Below are positions 60,239-64,000 of a stretch of 64,000 nt of DNA, in pieces. Origin of the DNA: an uncultured Pseudomonadota bacterium (GTDB lineage Bacteria > Oederibacteriota > Muellerivitia > Muellerivitales > Muellerivitaceae); contig CAVYRH010000005.1 in the NCBI GenBank assembly GCA_963770835.1, positions 348,051-412,050 on the forward strand. The letters run 5' to 3'. The position numbers were made by a program, and so were the translations under genes. Position 1 is the first letter of the stretch. Each line of letters starts with the position of its first letter. Below the pieces are notes generated by a model. The model was not told where the DNA came from. It was given only the letters and a program-made list of their open reading frames with translations, and searched no databases.

Positions 60239-60314
60239 GCTGGGGTAGCTCAGCTGGTAGAGCAGCTGTTTCGTAAACAGCAGGTCGCCGGTTCGATCCC
60301 GGTCCCCAGCTCCA
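60239..60314 (+). tRNA. tRNA-Thr(CGT)
   Basis: GCTGGGG/CCCCAGC acceptor stem, D arm AGCTCAGCTGGTAGAGC, anticodon loop TTCGTAA, GGTTCGATCC T loop, encoded CCA. Confidence 0.96.
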
Positions 60315-60344
60315 CTTTTCAAATTCATGTTACTGGCGCAATTT

Positions 60345-60400
60345 AAAAGCCTTTGCCTGTAAGGGTTTTCATCAACCTTACGAGTGAAGGCTTTTTTTTT
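60345..60400 (+). terminator. Hairpin/terminator downstream of tRNA-Thr
   Basis: AAGCCTTTGCCTGTAAGG...CCTTACGAGTGAAGGCTT (with G-U pairs) then T run. Confidence 0.65.
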
Positions 60401-60582
60401 AATCCATGGACAACCATGATCGTCCAGGGCAATCCATGGCAAAAAAGGACTGCGATGGACACGGGAAGGACACGGATTATTTTTGCTATTTGGATCATAA
60501 ACGCGCTTGCAAACTCTTAAACCCCCGCCTTAAATAAACCCGCCATTAGAGCCAATCATTAAACAAGCCAAAAGAAGCACCC

Positions 60583-62388
60583 ATGAAATCGATGAACTTT
60601 TTCAAAGCCATTGAGAAACATACCTCTCCAATCTTGGCCGGATTTGGGGTCTATTCGTGCTTTAAATTCACTTTGGAGGCCTTAGGAGTCATTGGCCCAT
60701 CCGTGACCCCTTTTGACACGGTTTCAGTCCTCTCAGTGGGTTTTCTGTACCTCTTTGAGAAGCATGTCCGAATGAACCACCTTCTGGCCTTCGCCCCTGC
60801 CTTGATAGCGCTTTCCTTTACCCATGACCTATTGGGGGTGTCTTTTGGAACCGAGGGATTTACCGGCGATGTTGTCATGGGGCTTTCCATCTTCATCGGG
60901 TTTTGCTTTTACTTCGTCCATTTCGTCCTGGAAAAAGGGTCGGAGGATTTTGGCGAATCGCCTAAGGAGGAAAGCGGGAACTATTCCCTATACCTTGACG
61001 CGGATAAAAAGTTTTTCATCCCCGCCGAATTGCTCAAATACCACACCGAAGTCATCGGATCTTCGGGAATGGGCAAAACCAACATCTTTAACTACCTCAT
61101 TGAACAAGGCATAAGGAACGGCCTAGGCATGTTTGTTTTTGACGCCAAATCCAATTACAACAAAACTATCCCCTATTACGCTTCCAAATATGGGCGGCTA
61201 AAGGACTTAAAGTATTTTGACTTGGCTGATATAAAACGAAGCCAAACCTATAACCCCGATTTCAAGGACAAACCCGACGAAGTTTTTAACGGCCTGATGA
61301 AGTCCATCTTTTATGGCCCCGTCACCAATGAATTTTTCAGGGACCAAGCCAGCGACGTTTTGAGCAACCTGACCAACCTGCTTTTCCTTGAATTCAAGCA
61401 CGTCACCCGCATGGACTACCAAAACCTCATCTCCAACGAAATTACATCCTTTCGGTCGATTGACCATTTGAGCAAAAAGCACAAGGACAGCGTATCTGGC
61501 AAATACTTCCTGGAAAAGTGGGTCAAAATGACCCCCAAGGACAGGGAAATGAACCTGTCAGGCCTAACCAGCAAGCTGGCCCGGTTCACAAATCGGGAAT
61601 GGTCGCCCCTTATTAATACCCTCAATCCCGACATCAAAATGAAAGACGTGGTGGAAAAACAGCAGATTTTCCTATTCGGCACTTCCTCCTTGGTGAACCA
61701 GGAGGACTCCAAACCGGTCATTATTTCCGCCTTAATTGACTTGGCAGGGGTCATTGGGTGGCGGTTGATCGAGAAGCCCCCAAAACCCTTTTTCGTGTTT
61801 TTGGATGAGTTCTACACCGCCGCTTATCCGGGCTTAAACGACCTTATTTCCCTTGGCCGTGAGGCCAATGTCTGCTTTTTCCTGGCCCACCACAGCTTGG
61901 GTCAGTTGGGGGCGGTCAGCCAGGAATTCAAGGACGACATTCTCACCAACACAAACCACAAGATCGTTTTGAATATCACTGAAAAGGATACAGTGGATTT
62001 CTTCGCTTCAATTTTTGGAACTAAAGTAACCAAGAAGGACGTTTATTCCTACGATACACGTATTTCACAACCCCGAGGGAGAACCGAAAAACAGGACGAG
62101 GAATTCATCATTCATCCAAATTATTTGAGGGGGATGAAGCGCGGGGAAGCGGTATGCCGCATCGTTTACGTTTCCGGCCCTAAAGTTTTCAAGATGAAAC
62201 TTAAGGAAGTCAAACCACCCCCAAGCGATTTTGATTACGTGGCTTGTGTCCCCATCCGAAACAACCATTTGAAAAAGATGGATTTCAATTATTTTGAAGT
62301 TCTAGACGCGCCCAAGAACGAAAAGAAAAAAACGAAAAAGGACCCAGGTTCTGATCAGTTGGAAGCCAGGTTGGATTTACCCACATAG
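60583..62388 (+). CDS. Type IV secretion coupling protein (VirD4/TraD/TrwB-like ATPase)
   Basis: N-terminal TM helices, HTEVIGSSGMGKT Walker A, FVFDAK, TYNP, FFVFLDEF Walker B, GRE..LAHHSLGQL. Confidence 0.85.
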   Translation: MKSMNFFKAIEKHTSPILAGFGVYSCFKFTLEALGVIGPSVTPFDTVSVLSVGFLYLFEKHVRMNHLLAFAPALIALSFTHDLLGVSFGTEGFTGDVVMGLSIFIGFCFYFVHFVLEKGSEDFGESPKEESGNYSLYLDADKKFFIPAELLKYHTEVIGSSGMGKTNIFNYLIEQGIRNGLGMFVFDAKSNYNKTIPYYASKYGRLKDLKYFDLADIKRSQTYNPDFKDKPDEVFNGLMKSIFYGPVTNEFFRDQASDVLSNLTNLLFLEFKHVTRMDYQNLISNEITSFRSIDHLSKKHKDSVSGKYFLEKWVKMTPKDREMNLSGLTSKLARFTNREWSPLINTLNPDIKMKDVVEKQQIFLFGTSSLVNQEDSKPVIISALIDLAGVIGWRLIEKPPKPFFVFLDEFYTAAYPGLNDLISLGREANVCFFLAHHSLGQLGAVSQEFKDDILTNTNHKIVLNITEKDTVDFFASIFGTKVTKKDVYSYDTRISQPRGRTEKQDEEFIIHPNYLRGMKRGEAVCRIVYVSGPKVFKMKLKEVKPPPSDFDYVACVPIRNNHLKKMDFNYFEVLDAPKNEKKKTKKDPGSDQLEARLDLPT

Positions 62389-62414
62389 ATTTAAAAGAAA
62401 TTTGGAATAAAACG

Positions 62415-63212
62415 ATGGAATTGAACGAGCGGGAAGTAAGGCATTTAACTTGGATTCACTCAAATAAATTCACCACCCCGGAGCTTTTCCACAAACGGTT
62501 TGTATTTCCTAAAACCTACCGCCAAGCTTGTTCCATCATGCGGGACCGATATTTTAAAAAAGGCCTCCTCGGAATGACCAAAGCCGAGTCCTCCACGTTC
62601 CAGGATTCAATGTATTTTCTGACGGGGAAGGCAATCCAATATTTGGACGAGACGGACAAGATTCTGGTCAAGAGGTCGAAGTTCCAAGCAAGGATCAATC
62701 CTTATGAAAGGGCACATGACCTCGAAGTCCAGGCTATTCGGATAGCATTTGAAAGAAATGACCAACTCGGAAGGATATTTTGGGTGTCGGATTTTGAAAT
62801 GCGGGCCGGAATAACTCCGGCAGTAAAGAAAACCTTTTTAAAGGGAGAGTTGGACAAGGATGTATGGCGGTCTAATTGGGTCAATTCCCAAATCAAAGGC
62901 CGGCGAACGCCAGACGGTTATTTTGAGACGGATTTGGACGGAAAAAGGTATGGATTCACTTTGGAGTATGAGCATGTCCAGAACCCGGATGCGAAAATCG
63001 GCAGGATGATCGAGTACCTGAATGACTCTTTCCCCAATGCATTAAGGCTTGTTGTTTCGGCGAAAAGGGAAAATACCGTAAGGATGACGGGAATCCTTAA
63101 GTCTAAGATAAACGAACGTGATTGGCCCCGCTGGTTTGTTTCGGATTATGAAAAGGCGATTTCATTGCCCTTCAAAAAAATATGGCATCAATTAAGCAAC
63201 CCAAGTAAATGA
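62415..63212 (+). CDS. Replication-relaxation (Replic_Relax, PF13814-like) protein
   Basis: N-terminal wHTH-like part ending YFLTGKA, then AHDLEV, TPDGYF, LEYE motifs; directly after the coupling protein. Confidence 0.65.
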   Translation: MELNEREVRHLTWIHSNKFTTPELFHKRFVFPKTYRQACSIMRDRYFKKGLLGMTKAESSTFQDSMYFLTGKAIQYLDETDKILVKRSKFQARINPYERAHDLEVQAIRIAFERNDQLGRIFWVSDFEMRAGITPAVKKTFLKGELDKDVWRSNWVNSQIKGRRTPDGYFETDLDGKRYGFTLEYEHVQNPDAKIGRMIEYLNDSFPNALRLVVSAKRENTVRMTGILKSKINERDWPRWFVSDYEKAISLPFKKIWHQLSNPSK

Positions 63213-64000
63213 CGGGAGATAAAATGGGAAATGGGGTTTGAGGCATATTGAGTTTGAACCCGAAACTGGAAAAACCCTTAAGGAATTTATTAAGAACAAC
63301 CCAAGGTAAATGAAAATGTTGGATTCGAGAATAAACGACTTTTTGAATTTCCCGGAGCTTGTTTGGGCCTCGGCGGTATTTGACCGGAAGGACTCCAATG
63401 TGGGGGATTTCGTGACTTGCCACGAGCAAATAGATTTGGCCGGTAGGATAGCGAATAAACAATGGGCTTCATGAAATGGGCCCTGGGCTTTTCTCACGAA
63501 AGAGGTTTTGAAGGAAATGGCTAGAAAAAAGCATGTAACGTTTAAGGAAGGTTTTTTGGCTCCTCAAGAGCACCAGAAAGCAATGCCCCCCAAAAAAGGG
63601 TTAATTCAGGGATTGAATTGTTTAAAAACCCTTTGGGGAAAAAACTTAAAGCCCCAGGATTTAAACAAGCATTATTTTCTTACCTGGTTTGCTTCGGCAA
63701 ATGGGATTGTTTCCAGGCAAGCAAAGATCCTTAGGATGCACAGAAATTCCATTATCGGTATAAGCGATAAGATCGGTTTGGGGACTCATACCTACAGGTT
63801 CAGGCGAATGTGGTTGGGAATCATAAGGAAAAGGCCAAAAAACCAATTTCATTTTCAGGTCAATGTCTTTTATCGGCGTGCGGTCAAATACCCTTTATTT
63901 AATTCGAGAGAAAACAAATATTTGGTTTGGCTTTGGCTCATGGGATTCCCATTGAAGGTCGTTTCGGCCCATTATGTTTTGTGGGCTTTTCGGAAGGGGT

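Larger units (their letters stand above)
60315..64000. mobile_element. Edge of a putative integrative mobilizable element/genomic island at tRNA-Thr (continues beyond window)
   Basis: Lower GC after the tRNA, direct repeats resembling integrase arm sites, coupling-protein and Replic_Relax-like genes; no integrase within the window. Confidence 0.65.

Noticed and set aside
63172..63497. Minus-strand ORFs of 60-101 aa at the island end
   Set aside because: Mutually overlapping frames, no motifs; cannot tell which, if any, is real.

Overview
This is a 64-kb bacterial chromosome segment of moderately high GC from a diderm (LolA, OM beta-barrel, lipoproteins). The many Pro/Thr-linker proteins, FlgD-Ig/T9SS-CTD-like domains and PorV-like barrel suggest an uncultured lineage such as FCPU426; this is inference only. 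Housekeeping content: 3' end of rpsI, pcrA/uvrD, gatCAB, ftsK-lolA-rodZ-yajQ, recO, gluconokinase, an Rrf2-sufBCDSUT operon, a cold-shock gene, glyQS, ppdK, PBP1A, tyrS, yebC-ruvC-(insert)-ruvA and tRNA-Thr(CGT). Carbohydrate-active genes include GH2 beta-glucuronidase, GH9, a tandem CBM11-like protein, a GT-C+PA14 protein and a degenerate GH5-like protein. Most notable: (1) a co-oriented cluster of a stand-alone T9SS-CTD-like protein, a PorV-like barrel with a TPR tail, an ECF sigma factor and an anti-sigma whose exported domain is itself CTD/FlgD-Ig-like, a candidate secretion-coupled signalling module; (2) the edge of a low-GC element at tRNA-Thr encoding a VirD4/TraD-like coupling protein plus a Replic_Relax-like protein; (3) nested, multi-layer palindromic repeat elements in intergenic gaps; (4) tyrS with an abruptly AT-rich 3' third; (5) single-base frameshifts in ftsK and PBP1A, probably assembly errors. 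Family assignments come from motif recognition by eye, not from database searches.
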